From an archaeon (GTDB taxonomy: Bacteria > Gemmatimonadota > Glassbacteria > GWA2-58-10): a stretch of DNA of 64,000 nucleotides. Positions 9,674 to 19,018 of this stretch are shown here, piece after piece. The position numbers and the translations under genes were made by a program. The stretch is from the NCBI GenBank assembly GCA_035528795.1, contig DATKXY010000266.1, positions 1,683 to 65,682 on the forward strand, given 5' to 3'. Under the pieces are notes generated by a model. That model did not search any database, was not told where the DNA came from, and saw nothing but the letters and a program-made list of their open reading frames with translations. Within the stretch, counting starts at the first letter, position 1. Each line of letters begins with the position of its first letter.

Positions 9674-10828
9674 CTACATGATCTTCAATTCAGCAGCCAG
9701 GGCCCCCGCTTCTTTGAGGGCTTGAAAAATGGCGATAATATCCCGCGGTGTAACCTGCATGATATTAAGCGCAGTTACCAGTTCGCCGGCGGTTCCGCCG
9801 ATCTCGACAAACTTGCGCACCCGCTCCACGGCGGTCACCTCCGCTGAAGGGGCCACCACTGTAGCTCCTCCGCCGAGCGGGGTCGTGGGCTGGCTTATAG
9901 CCGCTCCAGTGCCGATAGTGACTGTGAGTCCTCCGTGGGCCACTTGCACCGGCGAGACAGATACTCTTTCGCCGATCGCGATCGTTCCGGTTCGCTCGTT
10001 TATCACCACTTTTGCGGTGACATCCGGGGTGATCTCGAGGTTTTCAAGTTCCGAGACGAACTCGATGATCTTTCCCGGGTCACGGTACTTTTCAGGGATA
10101 GTCACATAGACCGAAAGGCCGTCGATAGGCAGGCCGACGTCAGCGCCGAAATGCTCGTCCACAGCCTCGTCAAGCCTTTGAGCGCTGGTGAAATCACCGG
10201 CTTCGAGAGTCAGCATGAGCCGCCAGTTGTCGATAAAGCCGCCGTCAACCGAGCGCAGCACCTGGGCTCCCCTGGGAATGCGCCCGACAACCGGATGGTT
10301 CATCTGGATCTGGGCGCCTGCTGCACCGCCGCCTGCCTGCGCTCCCGCGTTAAAGCCTCCGATAGAGACCGATCCCTGGCTTACCGCATAGAGTGTCTGG
10401 CCATCGTAGCCGAAAAGCTGGGTGCGCAGGAGAGTGCCCCCCTGAAGGCTCGAGGCCTCGCCGATCGAGCTTACTGTGGCATCCAGGCGGCTGCCCGGTT
10501 TGACAAAGGAGGGAAGCTCGGCAGTCACCATCACCGCGGCGACATTGGCCGTGGTTATCTCACGGGGGTCGATTTCTATTCCGAATTTGTTGAGCAGGCT
10601 AGCGGTCGAGCGGTTGGTAAACAGGGTCCTTCCATCACCGGTGCCGTTCAGGCCCACTACCAGACCGTAACCGATAAGCTGCTCCACCCGGGTTCCCTGC
10701 AGGTGTGCGATATCCTTGATCCGCGCAGCCTGGACCGCATAAGGCCAGACAGTCCAGGCGAGCAGTAAACAAGTTAAAAGCGCCGGCCAGAGGTTGGTTT
10801 TATTCTCCTGAGTCCTGTAAACTCTCAT
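9674..10828 (-). CDS. flgI: Flagellar P-ring protein
   Basis: ARIKDIA..QLIGYGLVVGLNGTGD, VVINERTGTI, DIIAIFQALKEAGAL. Confidence 0.97.
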   Translation of the reverse strand: MRVYRTQENKTNLWPALLTCLLLAWTVWPYAVQAARIKDIAHLQGTRVEQLIGYGLVVGLNGTGDGRTLFTNRSTASLLNKFGIEIDPREITTANVAAVMVTAELPSFVKPGSRLDATVSSIGEASSLQGGTLLRTQLFGYDGQTLYAVSQGSVSIGGFNAGAQAGGGAAGAQIQMNHPVVGRIPRGAQVLRSVDGGFIDNWRLMLTLEAGDFTSAQRLDEAVDEHFGADVGLPIDGLSVYVTIPEKYRDPGKIIEFVSELENLEITPDVTAKVVINERTGTIAIGERVSVSPVQVAHGGLTVTIGTGAAISQPTTPLGGGATVVAPSAEVTAVERVRKFVEIGGTAGELVTALNIMQVTPRDIIAIFQALKEAGALAAELKIM

Positions 10829-10867
10829 CGCTCTCGTTTCCTTGAATGGGTTAGACCTGGGTAATTA

Positions 10868-11521
10868 TTAGAAGAACCAGCCGAAAATACGGTTGAAAAT
10901 AGTCGGCCGCCTGGCTTCCTCAGCCTCGCCCTTGCCTTTCATGGTGATATGCAGGTCGGCGATCTGGGAGCTTTGGATCGTATTCTGACCGGATATATCC
11001 CTGCTTCTGGCGATACCGGTCATGGCGACCAGCAGCTTTTCATCCGGCATATCGATGACCTTTGAACCCTCCAGGAACAGGTTGCCCAGCTCGTCGCTAC
11101 GCACCACGCGTGCCGAGATCTGGGTGATAAAAGAGGTTATCTTGTTGTTTTGCACCCGCGAGTCGAAATCGTTTGACGAGGAGATCGCACCGCTGAACGG
11201 GTTGAACAGGCCGAACACCTTGCCCGGGCCGACGCCGAATTCGGATGACACATCGGTGCCGCGCTGGCTGCGGAACCGGGCGTTGTTCGTCCCTTGCATA
11301 CTCTCATTGACAACAACCGTGATCACATCGCCGACCTTGTACAGGCGCTCATCTGTGAAAAGGCTCGCCACAGGCCCGCGAAACTCCATCTGGCCGAACA
11401 GCGGCGCTACCCAAAGGAGGGCCATTGCAGAGAACACGGCCATGTTGTATAAAATCTGCTGCGAGATAGTCGAGCTCGTCCGCGGGGGACGGCTTTTGGG
11501 TTTGCTCTTTTCCGTTCTCAT
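10868..11521 (-). CDS. flgH: Flagellar L-ring protein
   Basis: SLFTDER..VGDVITVVVNE, GNLFLEGSK, DISGQNTIQSSQIAD. Confidence 0.92.
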   Translation of the reverse strand: MRTEKSKPKSRPPRTSSTISQQILYNMAVFSAMALLWVAPLFGQMEFRGPVASLFTDERLYKVGDVITVVVNESMQGTNNARFRSQRGTDVSSEFGVGPGKVFGLFNPFSGAISSSNDFDSRVQNNKITSFITQISARVVRSDELGNLFLEGSKVIDMPDEKLLVAMTGIARSRDISGQNTIQSSQIADLHITMKGKGEAEEARRPTIFNRIFGWFF

Positions 11522-11536
11522 CTTTGGTCTCCTGTC

Positions 11537-12520
11537 TTAAGGGGTGATCAATACCGTGTGCGAATCCATTACCTGCCCCATAAGGTTTTTCCCATACTGG
11601 TTCCGCACCAGAATCTTGTCTCCCAGCCGGCCTTTCTGCCAGGCCTTGCCTGCACAGCCGATCCGGATATTCTTGTATTTCACTATCAGTATAACCTCAT
11701 CGCCCCGCTCGATAAGGGGCATGGTTTCCAAATAGTCGAAAGTGAGAATTTGACTTTCCTTAATGCTTCTCTTAAGCCTTTTGCCGGCGGCTTGTTCGGC
11801 TGATGTCACCGGGGTACCGCGCATTCCGGTTATTTCCTGTTCTGCAAAGTCGAAATCCTCTGGAGAAATAATCTCGCTCTGGCGTATGGACTTATTCATC
11901 ACCGCAACATTCTGGTAGGCTCTCACCTTGAGCGAGACCGGGACCCGGACCAGCACCTGGCTGTTTTTCACCGCTGCCACGGAAAGGGCAAATGATCCGG
12001 TGACTTTGGGATTTACCGGAGTGAGGACCTCCAGCTCGTAGTTTTCCGCAGTCAGGTTAAAATCCTCGGGCAGACGCGAATAGATTATTTCCGTGCGCAC
12101 AGGCTCCCCTTGCCAGCAGCGTTTCACATATTCCTCGGCCAGGTTTGTAAGTTCCGCGGCTGAAACCAAGCTCCCGCTGCGGCTCACTTCCACACTGTCT
12201 TCTCCCGCTAAGGCCACCTTGACCGGATCGATGCGGTGGGCCACCATGCTCCGGCGGATTTCCGCCTTGTCGATCGTGAGGCTTTCGCCTGGAACCGGCG
12301 CTGGCCCTAGCGGAAGCTCGGTCAGCATGCTGATCAGCTCCTCGTTGAATCCTTCGACCTGGGCCACATCACCCAGGACCAGCTGGCCGTGGTTGGTCTG
12401 AGCCGTGGATTTGAGGTAAATATAGACCTTATCGTCCGAGGCGGTTTTCAGCTCTTTCGCTCCCCAGCTCAAAAGAACAGCGGCCAGGGCAAGGGATAAA
12501 AATATGGACTTCATGCTCAT
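11537..12520 (-). CDS. flgA: P-ring formation chaperone FlgA
   Basis: Signal peptide, SAF domain, C-terminal LIERGDEV..GKAWQKGRLGDKILVRN; lies between flgG and flgH. Confidence 0.9.
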   Translation of the reverse strand: MSMKSIFLSLALAAVLLSWGAKELKTASDDKVYIYLKSTAQTNHGQLVLGDVAQVEGFNEELISMLTELPLGPAPVPGESLTIDKAEIRRSMVAHRIDPVKVALAGEDSVEVSRSGSLVSAAELTNLAEEYVKRCWQGEPVRTEIIYSRLPEDFNLTAENYELEVLTPVNPKVTGSFALSVAAVKNSQVLVRVPVSLKVRAYQNVAVMNKSIRQSEIISPEDFDFAEQEITGMRGTPVTSAEQAAGKRLKRSIKESQILTFDYLETMPLIERGDEVILIVKYKNIRIGCAGKAWQKGRLGDKILVRNQYGKNLMGQVMDSHTVLITP

Positions 12521-12590
12521 TGTACTTCCACTGCTTAAGATGGTTGTTTATTGCGTTCAAAAGGCTGTCCGTTTTCGCGATATTAATTCC

Positions 12591-12643
12591 GGCGGCTTGC
12601 CGGGTAAGGGATTATTTAATTATTCCCTGGCCGGCAGCCCGCC
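12591..12643. other. Intergenic stem-loop between flgG and flgA
   Basis: ggcgg-cttgccgg-..aggga / tccct-..ccggcag-cccgcc; no U-tract, so more likely an mRNA stabiliser or processing site than a terminator. Confidence 0.5.
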
Positions 12644-12659
12644 CTGGGGCAACTGGTTA

Positions 12660-13448
12660 TTAACGGCCGATATTGCTTGCCACCTGGAGCATGTTGTCGG
12701 CAATCGAGATGCCGCGGGAGTTCAGTTCATAGACTCGCTGGGCGGTGATCAGGTCAACCAGTTCGTCGACAACTGAGACATTCGAGAACTCGATATAGCC
12801 CTGTTCGATACGTCCGAACTCGTTCTCGTTGGGGTTGCCGAGGATCGGGGTATTGGAGGCCACTGTTTCCACGAACAGGTTGTTGCCGACATTTCGCAGG
12901 CCCGCCGGGTTAATGAAGCGGGCGAGCTCGATACGCCCCACATTTGCCGGCTGCACCTGGCCGGGGAGAATGACATCCACATTCCCGTCAGCCCCCACGG
13001 ACACTTTCATCGCGTTCTGCGGAATGGTGATCTGAGGCTGAAGCGCCAGGCCATCAGTAGTCACCAGCATGCCGTCCTGGTTGATTTCAAAATTGCCGTC
13101 CCTGGTATAAGCGACTGTGCCATCCGGCTGGGTGATCTGAAAAAATCCGTCACCATTTATCGCCAGATCCAGGTCATTCTGGGTTTTCTGCAGCTCACCC
13201 TGGGTGAATACTTTCTGGGTGGAGGAGAGACGCACCCCATGGCCGACCTGCAGCTCAGCGGGCACGATCGTGCCCTGGAACTCGGACACGCCCGCGGGAC
13301 GAAGGGTCTGATACAGAAGGTCCTGGAACTGGGCCTGGGTCTTTTTAAAGCCTGCTGTGTTGACATTGGCGAGGTTGTTGGCAATCACATCCACCCGCAC
13401 TTCCTGTGCTTTCATGCCGGTGGCTGATGTGCGAAGAGCTCGGATCAT
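12660..13448 (-). CDS. flgG: Flagellar distal rod protein
   Basis: MIRALRTSATGMKAQ..ANNLANVNTAGFK..FQDLLYQ..QVGHGV, YTRDGNF, SNVSVVDELV. Confidence 0.97.
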   Translation of the reverse strand: MIRALRTSATGMKAQEVRVDVIANNLANVNTAGFKKTQAQFQDLLYQTLRPAGVSEFQGTIVPAELQVGHGVRLSSTQKVFTQGELQKTQNDLDLAINGDGFFQITQPDGTVAYTRDGNFEINQDGMLVTTDGLALQPQITIPQNAMKVSVGADGNVDVILPGQVQPANVGRIELARFINPAGLRNVGNNLFVETVASNTPILGNPNENEFGRIEQGYIEFSNVSVVDELVDLITAQRVYELNSRGISIADNMLQVASNIGR

Positions 13449-13508
13449 ATTCTTATCTCCTTAGCTGTTTCTTAACTTAAATCAGAAATTGGAGGTGACC
13501 CCCCCCGG

Positions 13509-14294
13509 TCAAACTCTGCCGACCTGGGTTATCACCTGCTGCAGGGTTTCATCCTGCATGCGGATAGCACGCTGGCCAAGCTCGAACATTCTCTGGATCT
13601 CTATCATCTTTACAAGCTGGTCCACCGGATGTGCGTTGGCTTTCTCCAGCATGCCCTGCCTGACTTTGAAATTCTCAGAGGTTTTGCCAGCGCCTCCGCC
13701 TTCTGCGGTAAAAAGATTGTCTCCGATTTTGGTCATTTTATAAGGTTTGGGGAAATCATCTATTCTGAGCGTTCCCCGCGGCTCATTGTTCACGTAAATA
13801 TCGCCGTTGCCCTGCACTGTAAGTTTGCCCCCCTGGACATTGATCGGACCTCCAGCGCCCAGTACCGTATAGCCCTCGGCAGTAACCAGATCGCCGTCCT
13901 GACCGATACTGAAATACCCGTTGCGGGTGTACCGGATTCCCTGCGGGGTCTGGATCGTGAAAAACCCATCCCCGTCTATTGCGATGTTGAAATCATTGCC
14001 GGTAATATCCATCTCCCCCTGGGTGAAATCAGTCTGCTCTACAACAACCAGGCTGCTGTTCCCGACACTGGCAGTGTAAGCCGGCGGATAGACATTGATA
14101 CTGCGGGGCGGCTGGCCTGAGGAAGCTACTCCATGTTCGTTCAGGTAAAGATCCGCCGTGACTAGGTCATGGATAAAGGCCCGGTCCTGCTTGTAGCCCG
14201 CTGTGTTGGCATTGGATAAATTATTGGTTACCAGATCCTGCCGGAAAGACAAGGGCAGCATGCCGGCGGCTGAGGTGTATAGGCCTTTGATCAT
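13509..14294 (-). CDS. flgF: Flagellar basal-body rod protein FlgF
   Basis: MIKGLYTSAAGM..NNLSNANTAGYK, YTRNGYF, QGMLEKAN; first gene upstream of flgG. Confidence 0.88.
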   Translation of the reverse strand: MIKGLYTSAAGMLPLSFRQDLVTNNLSNANTAGYKQDRAFIHDLVTADLYLNEHGVASSGQPPRSINVYPPAYTASVGNSSLVVVEQTDFTQGEMDITGNDFNIAIDGDGFFTIQTPQGIRYTRNGYFSIGQDGDLVTAEGYTVLGAGGPINVQGGKLTVQGNGDIYVNNEPRGTLRIDDFPKPYKMTKIGDNLFTAEGGGAGKTSENFKVRQGMLEKANAHPVDQLVKMIEIQRMFELGQRAIRMQDETLQQVITQVGRV

Positions 14295-14387
14295 TTAGTT
14301 TTCCACCTTTGGAACCGGGTTGCGAATTCCAGTCAAGTAAATATCTCGATCAATCAGGCTTGGGAGATTTTGCTAAGAGGGGAAAGG

Positions 14388-14402
14388 GCAAGGTTTGTGC
14401 CA
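14388..14402 (-). promoter_or_regulatory. Sigma54 (-24/-12) promoter of the flgF operon
   Basis: Minus strand TGGCAC-AAACC-TTGC, an exact consensus match, ~95 nt upstream of flgF. Confidence 0.85.
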
Positions 14403-14558
14403 TCGGCCGGTCAGGGCGGAACGCAGTGATAAAGCCAGTTCCGCTGAAATCAGATAATGATTGACTGAGTAAAAAATTCCGGTTAGGATAATTATTTAAA
14501 AAATAGGTGGGTAAATATTGCCTTGTCAGGCCACAATGCGGAGTGATATAAAAGACCC

Positions 14559-14729
14559 AAAAAAAATCCCCATCAACTATGCGCCCCCAGATTAATGCGG
14601 ATAACTCTATGGAAACATCATCCGCCAGCGGGAACTTGAATCAAGTAACTTGCCGGCGCAGACAAAGTTCCAATGGCTTCCTGTGAGTACGTAGCTCACC
14701 TGACGGGCAGTGATGGGGATTATACTTTC
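14559..14729 (-). ncRNA. 6S RNA-like small RNA
   Basis: Closing stem ATCCCCATCA/TGATGGGGAT followed by U8. Central unpaired bubble. Inner stems tggaac/gtttcca, cgccggc/gctggcg and acttga/tcaagt. Has a dedicated promoter. Confidence 0.65.
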
Positions 14730-14735
14730 TAATTA

Positions 14736-14764
14736 ATTGTAAAGATTGGCCGGGGTATAGTCAA
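14736..14764 (-). promoter_or_regulatory. Sigma70 promoter of the 6S-like RNA
   Basis: TTGACT-17 nt-TACAAT on the minus strand. Confidence 0.75.
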
Positions 14765-14802
14765 GAGGTACCGGAAAGGGCGGCAAAGCGTCCAATGATG
14801 TG

Positions 14803-15636
14803 TCACAAAAGCAGGATTCCCAGAAGCCCGACTGCCCAGCAGTAATAGGCGAATCGATCGAACTTTCCTTTTTGCAGGGTTTTGAGCAGGAAAAAGATTG
14901 CCGTAAATCCGGAGATAAAGGCAGTGACTGTTCCGACAGCCAGCGCGCCGAGGCCCGGGAGAGCCGCTGAGACAGTGGTGATCCGGGAGGAGAATTCAAC
15001 TATCGAAGCGCCCAGAATGGCTGGCAGTGCCAGAAGAAAGGAGAATTCAGCGCTTTTCCCGGGACCCAGACCCAGGAAGAGACCTGCAGTGATCGTGGTG
15101 CCCGAGCGGCTTATCCCGGGAAGAAGAGCGGCAGCCTGGACCGTGCCGACCAGCAGCGCCCTCCACCACGTAAGCGGCAGCCTGCTTGTTTTGGGGGAAA
15201 ATCTTGAACTTGCCAGGATCAACCCGGTAATCAACAGCATCAGGCAAACCAGGCGCGGGTCCTTGAATGCCGACTCGATTTTATCTTTGAGCAAGACCCC
15301 GATAATCCCGGCAGGCACAGTGCTAATCAACAGGTAAATGTCGAGCAGAAAGTTTTCACGGGCTGAATCTTGAAGTTCATCTCCGCTCCGGCTCTTTCTC
15401 CAGGCGCCCGGCTCCAGAAACAGGCGGAGAGCTTTGAGCATGGCCAGGATACGTTTGCGGTAGGCCAGCACAACCGCCCCGGCTGTGGCCAGGTGCACGG
15501 CGACCTCAAAGGCGATACCCTGCATCCGGACTCCCAGCAGAGCCTCACCGAGAACGAGGTGGCCCGAGCTGGAGACCGGCAGAAACTCTGTCAGTCCTTG
15601 CAGAACACCTAAAAGGAGGGCATCGATAAGGTCCAT
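14803..15636 (-). CDS. uppP: Undecaprenyl-diphosphate phosphatase
   Basis: QGLTEFLPVSSSGH, PGISRSGTT, AEFSFLLALP. Confidence 0.97.
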   Translation of the reverse strand: MDLIDALLLGVLQGLTEFLPVSSSGHLVLGEALLGVRMQGIAFEVAVHLATAGAVVLAYRKRILAMLKALRLFLEPGAWRKSRSGDELQDSARENFLLDIYLLISTVPAGIIGVLLKDKIESAFKDPRLVCLMLLITGLILASSRFSPKTSRLPLTWWRALLVGTVQAAALLPGISRSGTTITAGLFLGLGPGKSAEFSFLLALPAILGASIVEFSSRITTVSAALPGLGALAVGTVTAFISGFTAIFFLLKTLQKGKFDRFAYYCWAVGLLGILLL

Positions 15637-15937
15637 AAAATAGATAATCCTCTCAAACCGCTTAAATATTTTCTGAGCGATATTATATTTAAAGTGGTGG
15701 TTCTGCTTATACTTTCGCCGTAAAGGGTAAAACAGAATCTAAATCCTTCCGGGCGCTTCTGTCAACTGACATTCTGGCCTCCGGTCTTTATCCTGTCCTT
15801 GAGAACAGGCCGGGATAGAAATTTGATTGAAATATCCTAAACTATCCGCTAGACTGGTGTTCTAGTCTTAGATCTACGGATTAAGGAGTTATTTGATTTA
15901 CAAATGATTTATATCCTATGTTTTAAAATAATGCGTC

Positions 15938-16013
15938 GTCGGAGCGAGGCATGCCTCGCCAGTGAAGTAAGTAAGATAAAAACGGGATTTGAGCGAAGCA
16001 TGCGTTGCCCCTG
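15938..16013. repeat. Degenerate inverted pair of REP-like palindromes
   Basis: gtcggagcgaggcatgcctcgcc ... gagcgaagcatgcgttgcccctg; resembles GTAG-family REP doublets. Confidence 0.55.
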
Positions 16014-16290
16014 AAAGTCATTCCATTGAAAAGACCGAATTGTCGAGGATTATTTTATATTCGAGCAATAGACCCGAAAAGCACTCGATAAAAGATCGGT
16101 ACCAAAAATACTCAAGCTGAGAAAGAGCGTAACAGCACTGTCAGGCTCAAATTCAAGCCACCACTATTAGGGGTGGTTATGGATTCCGGCGAAGCTTATC
16201 AGGTATGTAACAGTTGCCAATCCCGTACCTGCCCGGCTTGCAAGCCGGGAAGCTCAGTTGATAAGTTATCGGGCGCCCGGTGAGGATTGA

Positions 16291-18522
16291 ATGGGAATGA
16301 AATTTTTCAGCAATGAATGGATTCCCCGGCCCAAGAAACCGGAATGGCGGCTTGCCGGCTTTCTGTGGATTTTTATGATCCTGGTTCCGGTCTGTGACTT
16401 GAAGGGCCAGGCTGGAGAAGACACTTCTTATTACTACCAGGAAGCGCTGACCAGGATCTCGCAGGGTGAGTTCAAGGAAGCCCTGCCTCTTCTTGATCGG
16501 GCTCTCGAGCTTGACCCGCAGCACGGGCGCGCCCTTCTTGCCCGGGGGGGATTGTACCTCAAGCTCGGTCTATATAAGGAGGCTGAGCACGATTTCAACC
16601 GGGCGCGTTACGACGAGGAGCCTGAAATAAGGGCGGCTGCTCATATCGGCCTGGGTGATATTTACCGCGAGCTGCCGTTCCGCAACCTGCAGGCCGCGGC
16701 CGAGTACAGGCTTGCCTTGCGGACTGATCCGGCTAGCCGCGAGGCGCTCTATGCGCTTGCGGAAACAGGTTTCGCCCTGCGTGAGACCCAGGGTTACCGG
16801 ATGGCGGCCACTGCGCTTGCCAGACTGATCTGCTTGGACCCTGATTACAGGGACGCCTACAGGCTCTGGCGGGATAAGATCCGCGACCAGACAGACAACG
16901 AGCTGCGAGAGGTGGGCGCCTGCCTGGAAGACTTCATGACCCGGCACCCTGAAAAGAGCCTCTGGTGGCTCGATCTCGCTCGTGACCGCTACCGGCTGGG
17001 GGAGGTGGAAAATACGCTGGCCTTTCTCCGGAAGCTTGAAACTGCAAACCCGGACTATAAAATTTCCGAGCGCAAGCTCCTTGAGGCCTGCTGCCTGTTG
17101 GGCCTGGGCGACACACTGGGTTTTGAAAACTGTTATACCGAGGCTCTCAGGAAAGCGGAAGCAGAGGGGGATTTCACCAGACTCCTTATTGAGGCCGAGC
17201 CTGTGTTTACCCCGGAGGAGAGCGCTGCCTGGAGCAAGCTTGAAAGCGCGGCGGAAAGAGCCGCTTTTTTCCGCAGATTCTGGCTCGGAAGAGATCCCGA
17301 CCCGCTCTCATTCCACAACGAGCGCCTGGTGACCCACTACCTGCGCCTGATCGAGGCGGAAAACCGCTATCGCATACTTTTTCCCCACAGCAGGTTCCAG
17401 ACCTCCCGCGACTACTTTCGTCTCATTAGTCCCCACTCGTTTTTTATTGACTATGATCCGGACCTTTTCTGGAACCGCAGCCGCGAGCTGTTACTGGACC
17501 AGCGGGGGCTCCTGTTTGTCCGCCACGGCCCTCCGGACAGGGTGACCCGGCAGGTTACCTGGTCCGATCCGATGGAGATCTGGTACTATGGCTCGGTGCA
17601 TTTTCTCTTCGAGAAACAGCGCGGCGCAGGGGATTTTATCTATATCCCGAGTATTACCAGGGGTGCGGGCGATATCAATATCGCCATGCAGACCGAGTCT
17701 TTTATCGATCCCCTGCCGGCGTACCAGCAGAGCTACTATGCAGCGGATTTCCTGGGCCCGGATGGATCGGTCGAGCTCGAGTTTTACCAGTCTGCGCCTG
17801 TGGAGCTCGCCAGGAGCCGGGACTCGCTTGAGGCGGCCCTGGGGATATACGACAGCACGTGGGCTGAGGTGGCAGTGAACAGGATCCAGGCCCGGAGGAT
17901 TGGAACCGGCCGCGATACACTGTGGCTTGCCGTGCACAGGCTGCCAATCGAGCCTGGAAGCTATTTCTACGCAGCGCGCCTTGATATTCCAAACCGCAGG
18001 GCCCTGGTGCAGGGAAAGCTTAAGCTCACGCCCTATCTGACCAGGAAAATTGAGTTGAGCGGCGTTGTTTTGGGGAGTTCTGTACCGCCAGGAGCCGAAA
18101 AATTCCACCAGCGGAGAGGAATAAAACTTTTGCCCAGGCCCTCGCTCAGATTTTCGCCTGGGGAAACGATCACTGTTTACCTTGAACTATACGGACTTAA
18201 AGCGAGCTGGGAGGGAGTCCGCTCATACCGCGAGTGGGTCACAGTGAGCCTGGCCGAGGAGGAGAAAAAAGGGGTAGTGAGCTCCTTCAAGCGCCTTTTC
18301 GCTCTTGGAGGTGAAAAAAAAGGCAAGAGCCTCACCCTGACTTTTGACCGCACGCCGAAAGAGCCTCAGGGCGCGGTGGCTGAAAATTTCACTATCGACA
18401 CCTCTTCTCTCATCCCTGGCACCTACCGCCTGCTGATCGAGGTGCGCGACAACAGCACCGGCTACCGCAGCCAGAGCTCGTTGCATTTTGAGATTGCTTC
18501 GGCTGAAAAAAAAGGCCGGTAA
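16291..18522 (+). CDS. Secreted TPR + GWxTD-like domain protein
   Basis: N-terminal TPRs; RAAFFRRFWLGRDPDP..NERLVTHYLR..DQRGLLFVRHGPPD..EIWYY; C-terminal PGTYRLLIEVRD Ig-like domain. Confidence 0.8.
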   Translation: MGMKFFSNEWIPRPKKPEWRLAGFLWIFMILVPVCDLKGQAGEDTSYYYQEALTRISQGEFKEALPLLDRALELDPQHGRALLARGGLYLKLGLYKEAEHDFNRARYDEEPEIRAAAHIGLGDIYRELPFRNLQAAAEYRLALRTDPASREALYALAETGFALRETQGYRMAATALARLICLDPDYRDAYRLWRDKIRDQTDNELREVGACLEDFMTRHPEKSLWWLDLARDRYRLGEVENTLAFLRKLETANPDYKISERKLLEACCLLGLGDTLGFENCYTEALRKAEAEGDFTRLLIEAEPVFTPEESAAWSKLESAAERAAFFRRFWLGRDPDPLSFHNERLVTHYLRLIEAENRYRILFPHSRFQTSRDYFRLISPHSFFIDYDPDLFWNRSRELLLDQRGLLFVRHGPPDRVTRQVTWSDPMEIWYYGSVHFLFEKQRGAGDFIYIPSITRGAGDINIAMQTESFIDPLPAYQQSYYAADFLGPDGSVELEFYQSAPVELARSRDSLEAALGIYDSTWAEVAVNRIQARRIGTGRDTLWLAVHRLPIEPGSYFYAARLDIPNRRALVQGKLKLTPYLTRKIELSGVVLGSSVPPGAEKFHQRRGIKLLPRPSLRFSPGETITVYLELYGLKASWEGVRSYREWVTVSLAEEEKKGVVSSFKRLFALGGEKKGKSLTLTFDRTPKEPQGAVAENFTIDTSSLIPGTYRLLIEVRDNSTGYRSQSSLHFEIASAEKKGR

Positions 18523-19018
18523 ATACCGTCCCCTGTGAAAAGGTATTCTGTTTTGCTGTGATCTGGCAAATTTTCAAATCCGAGCGGTTGGAAAAAATAT
18601 ATACTGCCTAATTCGAATTATTTATAAAGTGGGGTAAGCAGGAAAGATTTACCAGGTGTTAATCTTTACATTTAACGCGTCGGCGGCTTACTTTACATAA
18701 CGACGACTGAAATACTCCGGGAGAAAAGCTTCTACAACTGCCGAAAAGAGGTTTAAGGGCTACTACCTGGGATGATAAAGCCATCCCAGGTGAAACCAAA
18801 GGCCATAAGAAGCCCTGAAGTCCGAGGAACCTGCTTTTGGAGCGTGTAGAAAACAAGTAATTTCCATCATCGCCACATTAGATGTACACCGCCCAGGCAT
18901 GCCTTGTCCGCTAAAGAGAGTGCTGAGAAAAGCAGTCTTTTTTCATACCCAGTTACAAATGATGCCGGCCCGCTTAGATTTCGCCTTTAAAAATTCACTC
19001 TAGACTATCAAAAAATAT

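Noticed and set aside
14670-14710. SRP RNA (CCCGTCAGG..AGGAAGC resemblance on the minus strand)
   Set aside because: It lacks the TCCGGAAGGAAGCAGC helix-8 loop; the overall fold fits a 6S-like rod better.
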